Positions 9,805 through 19,776 of a DNA stretch of 59,531 bases are shown here, one piece after another. The position numbers were made by a program, and so were the translations under genes. Source of the DNA: a virus (Duplodnaviria > Caudoviricetes); IMG/VR virus record IMGVR_UViG_3300033148_008638, positions 1-59,531 of that record; one strand, 5' to 3'. Numbering within the stretch: position 1 is the first letter of the stretch; every line of letters starts with the position of its first letter. The notes beneath the pieces were generated by a model, which had not been told where the DNA came from, did no database searches, and saw only the letters and a program-made list of their open reading frames with translations.

Positions 9805-10101
9805 TTATAACCTTATACCTAATCTATCTAGAGCTAATTCTAATTCTTCTAATCTCTCTAGGTCTTCTTTTACTTCATCTTCTTTTTCCTTATATCCATC
9901 ACTATAAGCTTCGCTGTATCCATCGTCAAGTCCTTTTTTATATCCTTCATCATATCCTTCCTGATATGCCTCCTCCTCTTTATTTTCTATACAGTTTTCA
10001 CAGACTTCTACAAAATAGGTTTTTTTATCGTCCTCTTCATCTTCTGTATAATATAATTCTCTGTCACAGTCTGCACATTTTATAGTAAATTCTTCTGTCA
10101 T
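9805..10101 (-). CDS. zinc-ribbon protein with GYxxG repeats
   Basis: CADC..CENC; YQEGYDEGYKKG. Confidence 0.55.
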   Translation of the reverse strand: MTEEFTIKCADCDRELYYTEDEEDDKKTYFVEVCENCIENKEEEAYQEGYDEGYKKGLDDGYSEAYSDGYKEKEDEVKEDLERLEELELALDRLGIRL

Positions 10102-10280
10102 AGTTTTATCCCCAGTCTGTTTAAAGCTGTTTCTAATTCCTTTAATCTATTAAGTAGTTTTATTACTGTTTTCTGTACTTGTATGTCAGATACTATCCGG
10201 TAAGATAATTCATTTGGGAAATTATCTAATAGATAATTTATCATATTATATATATGAAGTGGTTCTCTATCCTTTTTCAT
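10098..10280 (-). CDS. hypothetical protein
   Basis: ORF track; overlaps neighbouring genes; C-terminus resembles that of 9805..10101. Confidence 0.45.
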   Translation of the reverse strand: MKKDREPLHIYNMINYLLDNFPNELSYRIVSDIQVQKTVIKLLNRLKELETALNRLGIKL

Positions 10281-11370
10281 ATGCCTCTATTATGTTGTAA
10301 ACATATCTCATATCTTTCTTCTCGAAATTCTTGCTCATTTTCCGCATTAACTCATTTCGATTTTTTGTTAAAGTCAATCCAAGTTTATTATAAATTTGTA
10401 TTATAAAATGTCGTTTCTTTATTTCTTCTTTTACTTCTCTCAATATAGTTTTGATTCTGTTTTCATTAGCTAAGATTTCGTTCATCTCAAATTCTTCATT
10501 TAATAGTTCACATACATATTCATATGTTAAATTGTCCAACTCTACATTCTCTAATGTATTGTAACAGGTTATTCTTATATCGTTTTTATTTATCCCAGGT
10601 TTAGTGTGTACTTTAAATATAGTTTCCGGTTTAAGTTTCCATTGTTTCCACTGCCCCTCTTCCTTAATATAGATTACTCTACCCTCGGATCCCTTAACTT
10701 CTTCTAAGTTAGAGTAGTCATTTGTTGCCTCTATCTCACCTCTCATTTTTTTATAAAAGTCTGGAAAGAAATAGTTTGGTTGTATTTCACAGTCTTTTTC
10801 TACTACTGGTAGTAAATCTTTAAACTCATCTGGTAATATAATCATTCCTGTGGATTTGTCAAGTCCAAAAAGTAACTTTGTGTCCAATCTTACTGGGTAG
10901 AGTATCAGATGCTTGTTTATGACTCCATATAGTTCATATGAAAAATTTATATCATATTCTTTACTTGCTTTAATAATGTTGGGATATTTTTTTAATATTT
11001 CGCACCACATAGAATAGAAGTTACCATATTTTCCTTCTGCTAATATTGGACTCAGTCTAGTTTTGTAGGTGAAATATGTTTTTCCTCTATAGATATATTT
11101 ATAGCTTATTATATTTGTGCCATCATATTTCTCATATACTGGTGCAGGTTTGTCTAGAAATTTGAAATAGAAATTTCCTAATTTGGAAAAAGGATAGTAC
11201 ATCTTTGGTGTTGAGTAGATAATTTGTTCTTTACATTTCATTCCATTTATATGAGTTAATAATAGTTGCCCATAACCATCTCCTTGGCTTATTGTTATAT
11301 AGCCTGTGAGATAGTTGTTTGGGTTGAATGGGTCTTTTATGTTCTCAAATTTTCTTGTAACTTCAGTCAT
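10267..11370 (-). CDS. ATP-dependent RNA ligase-like nucleotidyltransferase
   Basis: Motif I EKYDGTN, III YELYG, IV EGRVI, V WKLK. Confidence 0.75.
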   Translation of the reverse strand: MTEVTRKFENIKDPFNPNNYLTGYITISQGDGYGQLLLTHINGMKCKEQIIYSTPKMYYPFSKLGNFYFKFLDKPAPVYEKYDGTNIISYKYIYRGKTYFTYKTRLSPILAEGKYGNFYSMWCEILKKYPNIIKASKEYDINFSYELYGVINKHLILYPVRLDTKLLFGLDKSTGMIILPDEFKDLLPVVEKDCEIQPNYFFPDFYKKMRGEIEATNDYSNLEEVKGSEGRVIYIKEEGQWKQWKLKPETIFKVHTKPGINKNDIRITCYNTLENVELDNLTYEYVCELLNEEFEMNEILANENRIKTILREVKEEIKKRHFIIQIYNKLGLTLTKNRNELMRKMSKNFEKKDMRYVYNIIEAYEKG

Positions 11371-11800
11371 AAGTTCTTAAATCCTCTGGTAGAAAGAAAT
11401 CCTCTTCTATTTCTATTAATATTGGAGGTTTCTTAGGTAGTCTTAACTTATTATTGAATAGTGGGTATTCTCCATGATAATTTGGTTCATGTATCCTGTC
11501 TATAAAACCAAATCCTTTTGCTGCCGCTAGAGATTTTTTTAGTTCACAACCAATAGACTTTGATATAATCTTTACTTTTTCTTTCCTACGTATAATTTTT
11601 ACTATTAAATCCCCCTCACCTTTTATGTTTTTAATGTTAAACAAACACCGTTCACTTCCTAAGAGGAAGGATGCTATTTTTTTGTTTAATCTAGCGCTAC
11701 TAATATATTTTCCTTCTTCAATAAGAAGAGGTTCATGTGATGCAGACAGAAGAGTTTTAAGCCACTTCTCTTTACTGTGAGTTGGTATTGTTATTTTCAT
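11363..11800 (-). CDS. hypothetical protein
   Basis: ORF track; overlapping gene packing. Confidence 0.5.
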   Translation of the reverse strand: MKITIPTHSKEKWLKTLLSASHEPLLIEEGKYISSARLNKKIASFLLGSERCLFNIKNIKGEGDLIVKIIRRKEKVKIISKSIGCELKKSLAAAKGFGFIDRIHEPNYHGEYPLFNNKLRLPKKPPILIEIEEDFFLPEDLRTYD

Positions 11801-12287
11801 TTATATATTGCCTTAATTTTTCCTTAAAGTATTTATTGTTATCATGGTGGATTGATTTTGAAGAGGTTGTAATTATGTCTATGTGATCTGTTAAAAGAAA
11901 TTTCTTGAAATAGTCTATTTTTTTCAGTGTGTTTTTACTGAGTTTCTTATATTGATCATTAAAGTAACTGCTACAGTTGTTCTTCCTAACCATAGGTATT
12001 ATTATTCTGTTGAACCATCTTCTGTTTAAGGTATATTTTATCCACTCAACTCCTTGCCATAAGGCTCTTGAATCTGTATGGTGTGCTCCACAATCAATTA
12101 TGTTGCATGTAGCTCCAGTTGCTAAGTATAGTAATAGGTTATAGTCTAAGTCTTGTAGTATAAAATCCCAACGTTTTTGTTCACATGCTGTACTTTGTAT
12201 ACGTATGAAAGCTACATCTGTACTATTAATAGGTTTATCTAATTTTTCTAATCCCGATGTCAAATTTATGAATGTTTTAATCGTCAT
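11772..12287 (-). CDS. hypothetical protein
   Basis: 171-aa ORF with RBS. Confidence 0.6.
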   Translation of the reverse strand: MTIKTFINLTSGLEKLDKPINSTDVAFIRIQSTACEQKRWDFILQDLDYNLLLYLATGATCNIIDCGAHHTDSRALWQGVEWIKYTLNRRWFNRIIIPMVRKNNCSSYFNDQYKKLSKNTLKKIDYFKKFLLTDHIDIITTSSKSIHHDNNKYFKEKLRQYINENNNTNSQ

Positions 12288-12758
12288 CTATTCCTTTTTT
12301 GTTCTTATTTCTATGGAGTATACGATATACTTGTTTTGTAAACAATTTTTGGTTTTTCCAAAATGTTTCATCCTTTACGCTCTTCAAACGTAGGGCATTT
12401 AGGCTCTCTGTAGTTTTACATTGATCTATCTTTGTTGGAAGATCCATAAGACTCCTCGACTCTTATTGTAATTTGCTATAAAGTATATTTTTAGGTATGA
12501 GGGGTATAGCTTTTTGTGTCTACCTCCATGCATTGGTTAACTGCTTTGAGCAATACCTCTATATCTTGCTCAATATCTCTCAACACAATCACGACTGCTA
12601 CCCATCCACAAACAATCCTTAAAGACTTACTATCGAACTCAAACTTCCATCCACTATATTTCCCAATGCAAAAATAAAACGTAAATCCATCCATTTTCTA
12701 TCCTTTCAGTTGGCTAACTATCTATTAGGGTTGTTTATTGGAACTTCTTTACAATCTT

Positions 12759-14207
12759 TTAGTTTCGTTTTAAGAAATTTCTAGCTCCTTTTTCTATAAT
12801 TAAATCAGCTATTTCTTTTTTTTCATTCTTGCTATTTATGATACGCTCATCTATAGTGTTTGCTATATACATGTTTGTATATCTACATACGCTTTTCTGT
12901 CCTATTCTGTGTATTCTACCAGAAGCTTGATCGTAAGCATCTGGGCTCCATGTTAACTCATAGAATATCATATGTTGTTGTTTTGCTTTACTGCCAATTT
13001 TAAATAACTCTATTCCAAAACCTCCGGATTCTATTTGTCCTACAAATACGTTAATGTTTTTGCTTTTTTGAAAACCATTCCACTTCTCATATTTCTTTTT
13101 TCCAGTATCTGCTCCATACATAGTGATATATTTTATTCCTATGTTTTCTAAAGCTGATTTAATTAGCTGTATAGTGTACCTGAATCTGCACCATACTATT
13201 ACACTTTCTTCAGCATCTAGAATTATCTCTATTTGTTCAATCAAAGCGTCTAGCTTTGGTGTTGCTTTTAGTGTTATCTCTTTTCCATCACTATCTTTTA
13301 TAAACCCCGCAGTTAATTGTTGTAGTTTTAATAGTTTGGTCAGTATGTTGTTTATTTTTAATCTACTTGTTCCTTTAGTTGTTTCTATTTCAATTGCTTC
13401 TATTTCTTTTATAACTTTTCTTTCTACTGCTCTATATGTTTCCTCTAAGTTTCCTATTGGGACTTTTATGTCTTGGTATATTCTTTCTGGTAAATCTAAG
13501 GCATCTTCTTTTTTTATTCTTATACAACTGCTATATATTATAGACTGGAATTGTGGGATTTTATCTTTTCTTAGTATCCACTTATTCCAGGCTCCGAGTT
13601 TTATCTTTTTGAAGAATGTACTTCTAAATCTAAAATAGTTTGTTGAAAAAGACCTACCACCATCTAGTACTCTGAATTGAGACCATACATCTAAGGGTCT
13701 GTTAGCAATAGGGGTAGCTGTTAATATAAGTTTATATCTTGCCCTATCGGCTAGTATAATAGCTGCTTTTGTTCTGTTAGCTTCACCATTTTTTATATAT
13801 CTAGCAGATTCATCAAAAATTATTGCGTCAAACTCTAAGTCTATTAGTTCCCTTATAAAAAGATGTAATGCTTCATAATTAATAATGTAGAATGTATATT
13901 CTCTATGTTTTAGTTTTTCAAGTCTTTCTTTTCTGTTAGCGTATAAGACTATAGAAGAGAGTTCTGAAAACTTTGCTATTTCCTTTTCCCAGTTGTACAG
14001 AATAGAGGTTGGTCCGACAATCAATACTCTTTTTACGTTGTTGTGTTGTATCCTGTAGCGGATTATATCTATACTTATTCTACTTTTTCCTAAACCTAGG
14101 TCAAGGAGTAGTCCTCTATTATCTTCTTCTATTCCAAATAGAAAAGATTTTATTTGGTGTTCGTATGGTTTTTCTCCTATAAAAGTAAATCCTTTTGGTA
14201 GTTTTAT
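12759..14207 (-). CDS. SNF2-family (SF2) helicase; start extended to probable ATA codon
   Basis: Frame stays open upstream of 14024 and contains the Q motif PYEHQ and Walker A DLGLGKS; also DES, TATP, QASGRIHRIGQ; GAAAGGGGG RBS 9 nt upstream of ATA at 14207. Confidence 0.85.
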   Translation of the reverse strand: MKLPKGFTFIGEKPYEHQIKSFLFGIEEDNRGLLLDLGLGKSRISIDIIRYRIQHNNVKRVLIVGPTSILYNWEKEIAKFSELSSIVLYANRKERLEKLKHREYTFYIINYEALHLFIRELIDLEFDAIIFDESARYIKNGEANRTKAAIILADRARYKLILTATPIANRPLDVWSQFRVLDGGRSFSTNYFRFRSTFFKKIKLGAWNKWILRKDKIPQFQSIIYSSCIRIKKEDALDLPERIYQDIKVPIGNLEETYRAVERKVIKEIEAIEIETTKGTSRLKINNILTKLLKLQQLTAGFIKDSDGKEITLKATPKLDALIEQIEIILDAEESVIVWCRFRYTIQLIKSALENIGIKYITMYGADTGKKKYEKWNGFQKSKNINVFVGQIESGGFGIELFKIGSKAKQQHMIFYELTWSPDAYDQASGRIHRIGQKSVCRYTNMYIANTIDERIINSKNEKKEIADLIIEKGARNFLKRN

Positions 14208-14233
14208 TTTTCGTTACCCCCTTTCAACTAATG

Positions 14234-14261
14234 AAGATAATCATTAATTTTTGTTTGTCAA
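14234..14261 (-). promoter_or_regulatory. conserved phage promoter TTGACA-16-TATCTT
   Basis: TTGACA AACAAAAATTAATGAT TATCTT directly upstream of the helicase RBS. Confidence 0.65.
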
Positions 14262-14333
14262 GGGGGTAATTTTAATTAGTTGTTCCAAACTATTCAAATG
14301 GAACACTACTGTTTTTGCAGTGTTCCATAGCCC

Positions 14334-14696
14334 TTATTTCCTTGTTCCAATCGGTTGTTGTATGTTTTTATAGATTAAAGATATTATTTTCCTTTGATTT
14401 TCTTTAAAGTGTTTGTTGTGCGTATACTCATCATGGTGGGATAGTTCATGTATCAGTGTTCCTATATTTTCACCTTTTTTATTCAATACTATTCTACGTG
14501 CATCATGATTAAAGAAGCCCCATGTTCTTTTTGTTTCTCTATTTGAGAACACTACCTCTACTTTATCCCATTTTAAATTGGAACAGATAAAATCTGCTAG
14601 TTCCTGTGCCCATCTTTTGGATATGAGCGGCATATTATATCCTTCTGTTTCTTTTATATCACCTACTAGCCTAAATAAGGATGTGCTTTTATGCAT
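14334..14696 (-). CDS. small HExxH metallopeptidase-like protein
   Basis: TLIHELSHH. Confidence 0.55.
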   Translation of the reverse strand: MHKSTSLFRLVGDIKETEGYNMPLISKRWAQELADFICSNLKWDKVEVVFSNRETKRTWGFFNHDARRIVLNKKGENIGTLIHELSHHDEYTHNKHFKENQRKIISLIYKNIQQPIGTRK

Positions 14697-14710
14697 TAGT
14701 GCTCCTCTTA

Positions 14711-15337
14711 TTAGTGTGGATCTGCTATAGAAAGTACTATTTTACCTTTTACTATCTTACACCCCACTATTCTCATACGTATAACTTTTTTCCAACCATA
14801 ATATTTTGTGCTAGTTAGGGGGTCCCCCCACATTACCCCATTTATTTTTTTCTTTCCAAACTTTGGAGACCCTCTTCTCACCCATATTTTGTTGGCAATC
14901 TCATTATATTTGTCCTTTTGTAGAGGGTATAGTCTCCCTTTCAATTCAGCTAGAGTTTTATTCATTCTTTTTCTATTTATCCTTTTTTTAAGAATTGTTT
15001 TTCTAAAACTAGCTAGGGAGTCCCACTCTTTTTGTAAAAAACCTTTCTTTATAGTCGGGTCTACTCTCTTATATATATAGGAGGCCCTACGTAGGAGGTC
15101 AGATATGTTAGGTCGTAATACCCTATCACTTCTCTTTTTTAGAAGGTACAGTTCTCTATGGAGGTCTTTATCTCCCAGTAGCCTTAGTGAAGCCAATACA
15201 ACGTCTAGTAACTTATACAACTTTGTATCCCGCTCTGAGGCTACTTGTGGTCTTATTTCTTCTAGATAAGTCTCTCTTAATAAGAGAGAATCATAACGGT
15301 TGTCTGTTTCTGTTTCTTCAGAATACTCACAATACAT
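14711..15337 (-). CDS. hypothetical protein (paralog family with 16406..16951 and 20388..20852)
   Basis: KLYKLL..VL...Y.YK.VDP motif shared. Confidence 0.55.
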   Translation of the reverse strand: MYCEYSEETETDNRYDSLLLRETYLEEIRPQVASERDTKLYKLLDVVLASLRLLGDKDLHRELYLLKKRSDRVLRPNISDLLRRASYIYKRVDPTIKKGFLQKEWDSLASFRKTILKKRINRKRMNKTLAELKGRLYPLQKDKYNEIANKIWVRRGSPKFGKKKINGVMWGDPLTSTKYYGWKKVIRMRIVGCKIVKGKIVLSIADPH

Positions 15338-15339
15338 CT

Positions 15340-16428
15340 CTAAACCTCCATATCTATAACTTTACCAAATGGTGGAGAGTGGTATCTCTCACTACCATAG
15401 TTTACCCATACAGTATCATATCTAGGCTTAAAACTTGGAAAATCAGAACAGTAGAGATCTGTGAAGTATATTAGTCCTACAACACCCTTAGCATTTTTTT
15501 GTACCCAATTAAACACAGGGGAGAATCGTGTTCCTCCTCCACCGTTTACAGAGGAGAAGTCGAGGGTTTGATACTTTGAAAATCTTTTGACACTTTTTAT
15601 ATCACTATCACAAGATATAAGGATACATTCAAATTTATACTTTTCCCTCAACCCATTTATCTCGGAGCAGAATCTATTATAAAGCTCGTCATTTATACTT
15701 CCAGATGTATCTATTGCTACTACTATAGTGCCTAGATCCTCACTATATAGTGCTGGAAAATAGTAATTTTTTATTCTAAGGTTTTTTTTCATCCAAGTGT
15801 AGTTATCTCTAGCTTTTGTGTCTACCCAGTTGGCTAGTAGCCTCTCCCATGATATCTTTGGCTTTAAATATTCAGTCATTTTTCTTTCTATATGTGATGG
15901 GAGCTTACCTGCTGCTTTTGCATATTGTGTTGCTCTGACTATATTTTCTTTTATTCTTATTTCCTCTTCTATAGGGTTGACCCCTTCAAGGGGGGCTGTT
16001 ACCTCTCCTATAGAGAGCCCACCCCCACCTTCATCTTTTAGCTCATTGTATATTATCTCAGCTGCTTTGTCCTTATACTTTATGTCATATAACATCCCAT
16101 CTACCCTGGCAAAATCTTCTAAGAGGATTCCATTTATACTATAATCACATGCCCTATTCCATTTTCCATGTTCTCGTTTTTCTTCTCTTAAGTGATGACA
16201 GTATGCAATATGCAGGATCTCATGTGCTATTACTGTTTTTATCTGTTCTATTGAGAGTGATTTTATAAAATCCTCATGGAACCATAGATTTCTACCATCT
16301 GTACAGGCAGTTGGTGGAAATATTGTATTATCTTTTACTAGTTTTAGTTCTAATGCTAGTGTTGCATAGAACGGACTATCTAATAAAAGATGTATTCTAG
16401 CTTTTTTAACTCTTTCTAGTTGGCTCAT
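15340..16428 (-). CDS. metallopeptidase + VWA domain protein (DUF2201-like)
   Basis: TACTDG, AHEILH, WNRACDY, MIDAS DTSGS, GGGGT, YFTD. Confidence 0.88.
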   Translation of the reverse strand: MSQLERVKKARIHLLLDSPFYATLALELKLVKDNTIFPPTACTDGRNLWFHEDFIKSLSIEQIKTVIAHEILHIAYCHHLREEKREHGKWNRACDYSINGILLEDFARVDGMLYDIKYKDKAAEIIYNELKDEGGGGLSIGEVTAPLEGVNPIEEEIRIKENIVRATQYAKAAGKLPSHIERKMTEYLKPKISWERLLANWVDTKARDNYTWMKKNLRIKNYYFPALYSEDLGTIVVAIDTSGSINDELYNRFCSEINGLREKYKFECILISCDSDIKSVKRFSKYQTLDFSSVNGGGGTRFSPVFNWVQKNAKGVVGLIYFTDLYCSDFPSFKPRYDTVWVNYGSERYHSPPFGKVIDMEV

Positions 16429-16951
16429 TTTTCCTCCCTAATTTTTTGGCAAATTTTATATATTCTTTACGTGAGAGCGGACATATCCTTTCATCATTTT
16501 GAAAGTAACCTGCGAGTAGTGTCTTCCAGAATATCCAGCGGAGGTTTACTGCTGTAACATTGTTGTTTCTGTTTTTATTGGAGTTATAACACCAGAGTTT
16601 ATATCTTCTACTCTCCATACGCATAAGTATCCAAGAGTTGGCCCATCCATGTTCCTTCCTCTCTTTTTTCATCCTATTTTCTCCTGCTTGGATTAGGTAT
16701 GGCAAAGCTTTATAATATTCTTCTTTTATTCTCTTACGGGTAAAAGACTTATCTATGGCTTTATAGTAGGGATATAAAGCTCTTGTTACCCTAGTAACAC
16801 TTAAATCCCACACTTCCCTTCTTTTAAGGAAGTTAGCTACTTGCCATGCTTCATCATCACTTCCTTTTCCGGATAGCTTGAGTGTCGGTAGAATAATATG
16901 TAGGTGTTTATATAGACCTGTATCTTTTTCGCTTGGTTTTCTTTTCTTCAT
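16406..16951 (-). CDS. hypothetical protein (paralog family)
   Basis: GLYKHL...YYKAIDKSF. Confidence 0.5.
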   Translation of the reverse strand: MKKRKPSEKDTGLYKHLHIILPTLKLSGKGSDDEAWQVANFLKRREVWDLSVTRVTRALYPYYKAIDKSFTRKRIKEEYYKALPYLIQAGENRMKKERKEHGWANSWILMRMESRRYKLWCYNSNKNRNNNVTAVNLRWIFWKTLLAGYFQNDERICPLSRKEYIKFAKKLGRKNEPTRKS

Positions 16952-17823
16952 TAGATTATTCCTTTTATGTTATCGATAATTGCCTCTGCTTTATTGGCTA
17001 CTTCTTTTCTCATGTCCCCATCTTCTCTGAGGGTCTCCATAGATAATTCTGCAAATTCTTTCTCCATTTTTCTTCTTACATCCTCTAATTTAGGATCGTT
17101 GTCTATATTTAAGTAAGGTAGGAGCTCTACTAATTCTCTTATATCACCTAATATAGAATCAAATAATCTTGGTTTTATTTCTTCTCCTTTGCTATTTATT
17201 GTGATTTCAGCGCTCATTCTTTCCTTTAATCTCTCTAATGCTTGGAAGACTCTATCCCATGTGTGTTTCATAGCACTTTTCAAAGATTTCTCAGAGTTCT
17301 CCTCTACACTCTTTTTTATCTCTTCTATTTGTTCTTTAGAAGCCTCTATTCTTATATCATCCTTAGTCGGTATTGGATTGAAGAACACGTCTATACCAAA
17401 TTTAGACCTTACTTCATCTGTTGATGGGTACTCTGAAGGATTAAATAGGGAGCCTAATCTATTCTTTGCTGCTTCTTTAGACATCTCATAGTTACTACAG
17501 AAGTTGTCTAAAGCTATTTCTATTTCTTGGTTTATATCTCTAAGTCCTTTTTCAACTCTTTCATATAGCTCTACAGGTAGAAGTCTCCAACCACCATCTA
17601 ACCAAGGTGATGTATATGTATTTACAAAAGGTGTAACTCTATTTATGGTTTTCCTTAGATGTTCTAGCTTCTCTTTTGGTATAATGTTTTTTATATACTT
17701 ACCCATTGTTATATCTGAATTATGATGTTCAGCTGTTTCTCTCGTTGCTTGTTTGTCTGTGACACTAAATGTCACAGTATGCTTCGATACTTTGATTAAA
17801 AGTGCTCTGTTTTCTAAGCTCAT
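16951..17823 (-). CDS. DUF3150-like protein associated with AAA/VWA module
   Basis: TSPWLDGGWRLLP, LGSLFNPSEYP, LNIDNDPKL; neighbouring AAA and VWA genes. Confidence 0.65.
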   Translation of the reverse strand: MSLENRALLIKVSKHTVTFSVTDKQATRETAEHHNSDITMGKYIKNIIPKEKLEHLRKTINRVTPFVNTYTSPWLDGGWRLLPVELYERVEKGLRDINQEIEIALDNFCSNYEMSKEAAKNRLGSLFNPSEYPSTDEVRSKFGIDVFFNPIPTKDDIRIEASKEQIEEIKKSVEENSEKSLKSAMKHTWDRVFQALERLKERMSAEITINSKGEEIKPRLFDSILGDIRELVELLPYLNIDNDPKLEDVRRKMEKEFAELSMETLREDGDMRKEVANKAEAIIDNIKGII

Positions 17824-17824
17824 T

Positions 17825-18043
17825 TTATACCTCCTTGTTTTTAGGTTTACCTCTTACTGGAATTAGATCCCAGGGTTTAAATGCATAACGGTCTACTACG
17901 ACAATTTCCTCCTCAAAATCTACTCTGTCTACAACTCCAGTATGTAGTGGGTGTCTACAACAGAACTCTTTAAAAGAAAGACTATATATAGATTTTTGTT
18001 TGGTAACTACAAGCTGCCCTTTTCTAAAGTCATTTATTTTCAT
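17825..18043 (-). CDS. small paralogous protein
   Basis: DFRKGQLVVTKQKS...FKPWDLIP. Confidence 0.5.
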   Translation of the reverse strand: MKINDFRKGQLVVTKQKSIYSLSFKEFCCRHPLHTGVVDRVDFEEEIVVVDRYAFKPWDLIPVRGKPKNKEV

Positions 18044-18254
18044 TTGTCTCCTCCAATGAAATTAAATCTTCTGGTAGAAATGTAAAAAGGTGATCTCCTC
18101 TATAAGGGCGTATATCTATAAGATTATGTACTATTTTTACTATAGGGGCAACACGTAGAGGACACTCTTCCAAAAAAGCTTTCATAGAGATGGGCATATA
18201 GGATTTTTTAGTAGCTAATACTAACATACCCACTTTACAGTCTTCTAGCTTCAT
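18030..18254 (-). CDS. small paralogous protein
   Basis: N-terminus almost identical to 5577..5804. Confidence 0.6.
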   Translation of the reverse strand: MKLEDCKVGMLVLATKKSYMPISMKAFLEECPLRVAPIVKIVHNLIDIRPYRGDHLFTFLPEDLISLEETNENK

Positions 18255-18733
18255 TCATCCGTCTCCACTATTTTAGAGTAAAGGCCGTTTGCCATAATTA
18301 ATTTTACTAATCTAGACCAATCCTTATCCTTAGATAACTCACCTAATTCACACTTGTATTCTTTGTTTCTTATCCTGTCAATTAATTCTGATATACTTAT
18401 ATAGTCTCTTGACATCTTATTCAGGTAGTCTAAGACTTCCTCTTCTCTCTTGATACCCATATACTTTTCTCCATCCTTATTCTTCAGAGATTCCCATACT
18501 AGATCTCTAGTAGGAATAAATGGTGATCTTTCAATTTTCTCCACAGGTCTTACTGTCCCAAACGGTGCTCCTATATCCCAATGATATTCTTCAAAAAGGA
18601 AATTATCTCCAAATTTATGTCTGGATATCACAAAAGATTTATGTTTACCAAACCAAATACCTATTTTCGCATTTCTGGCGTGGATATAGTATGTATATCC
18701 TTCTTCCATTTCATTTATTTTTAGGTAGTCCAT
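18251..18733 (-). CDS. hypothetical protein
   Basis: 160-aa ORF, GGAGG RBS. Confidence 0.55.
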   Translation of the reverse strand: MDYLKINEMEEGYTYYIHARNAKIGIWFGKHKSFVISRHKFGDNFLFEEYHWDIGAPFGTVRPVEKIERSPFIPTRDLVWESLKNKDGEKYMGIKREEEVLDYLNKMSRDYISISELIDRIRNKEYKCELGELSKDKDWSRLVKLIMANGLYSKIVETDE

Positions 18734-18755
18734 TATCTTCCTCCTTTACAATCTT

Positions 18756-19760
18756 TTATTTTAAGTACTCCTCATTCTTATTTATCCAGTCAATATATAA
18801 TCCATTGGACAACAGCTCTGGGTGTATTTGAATTGCAGACCTGAAAAAATAGAATTGATATTCAGTTGTAATCCTGTTAATATATTTTATTATGTTGTCC
18901 GCTGTTTTCTTATTAAGTTTTTGGATGAGAGAGGTGACTACTGCATATAATAAGGAGTTCTCTTTTGGTATAATTCCATGTATTGGATCTGCAATTATAG
19001 CATCAATGGATGGAATTTTAGTTATTAGCTTTAGAAATGTCATAAATTCCATCCCCGGTCCTTGTCCTATAGTCCCCTTAACTAGCTCCCCAAATATAAA
19101 GCTATGGTGATCTTCTGTTGATTTTAATAACTTGGACACATACTCCCACGTTCTTGGGGTTGCTTGGTGATGATATATAAAATCTGGTCTGAAATTTAAG
19201 AAGGCTATTGTATAGGAGTGTAACTTAGATAATGCCCAACTAGTCCAGTCTTCTATGTCAACTTGAGCTGTCTTAGGTGTTTGCTCAGTAAAGTCAGGTG
19301 TTTCACAACATACACCTATATGAATAAACCTTGTTATTAGTGGTGCAGGCATGTCCGATGAGAATCCCCCATCTTGTGGTCTATTTCCTGAGCCTATTCT
19401 ATACCAAGAGTCTCCTATTTTGTGTCCTGCTACCTCCCCCTTTAATATTAAATGGTATAGAGCTTTCATTAGCATTTGTGTAGCATCTGGTAACTCATCG
19501 ACATGAAATATACCTTTTCCTGTCTCTGGAAGTATTGATGGTCTTCTCCACACCATATACTTCCCCTCTTCTGCAGGATATCCAACAATGTCTATTGGGT
19601 CTCTTGTGGGCGCTTCTATACACCTGTATTGTATTCCTAGTTCTTCTGCTAACTGTTCTATCCCTTCAGACTTCCCTACTCCACCAGGCCCCCATATCAT
19701 TAGAGGTGCTCCTGCTTTCATACATATCTTTATACTGTCCTTCATTTGTTTTATATTCAC
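18756..19760 (-). CDS. MoxR/dynein-related AAA+ ATPase
   Basis: Walker A GPGGVGKS, Walker B FHVDE, SGNR, PLITRF, TPRTW. Confidence 0.88.
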   Translation of the reverse strand: MNIKQMKDSIKICMKAGAPLMIWGPGGVGKSEGIEQLAEELGIQYRCIEAPTRDPIDIVGYPAEEGKYMVWRRPSILPETGKGIFHVDELPDATQMLMKALYHLILKGEVAGHKIGDSWYRIGSGNRPQDGGFSSDMPAPLITRFIHIGVCCETPDFTEQTPKTAQVDIEDWTSWALSKLHSYTIAFLNFRPDFIYHHQATPRTWEYVSKLLKSTEDHHSFIFGELVKGTIGQGPGMEFMTFLKLITKIPSIDAIIADPIHGIIPKENSLLYAVVTSLIQKLNKKTADNIIKYINRITTEYQFYFFRSAIQIHPELLSNGLYIDWINKNEEYLK

Positions 19761-19776
19761 ACGTTCCTCCTTTCCT

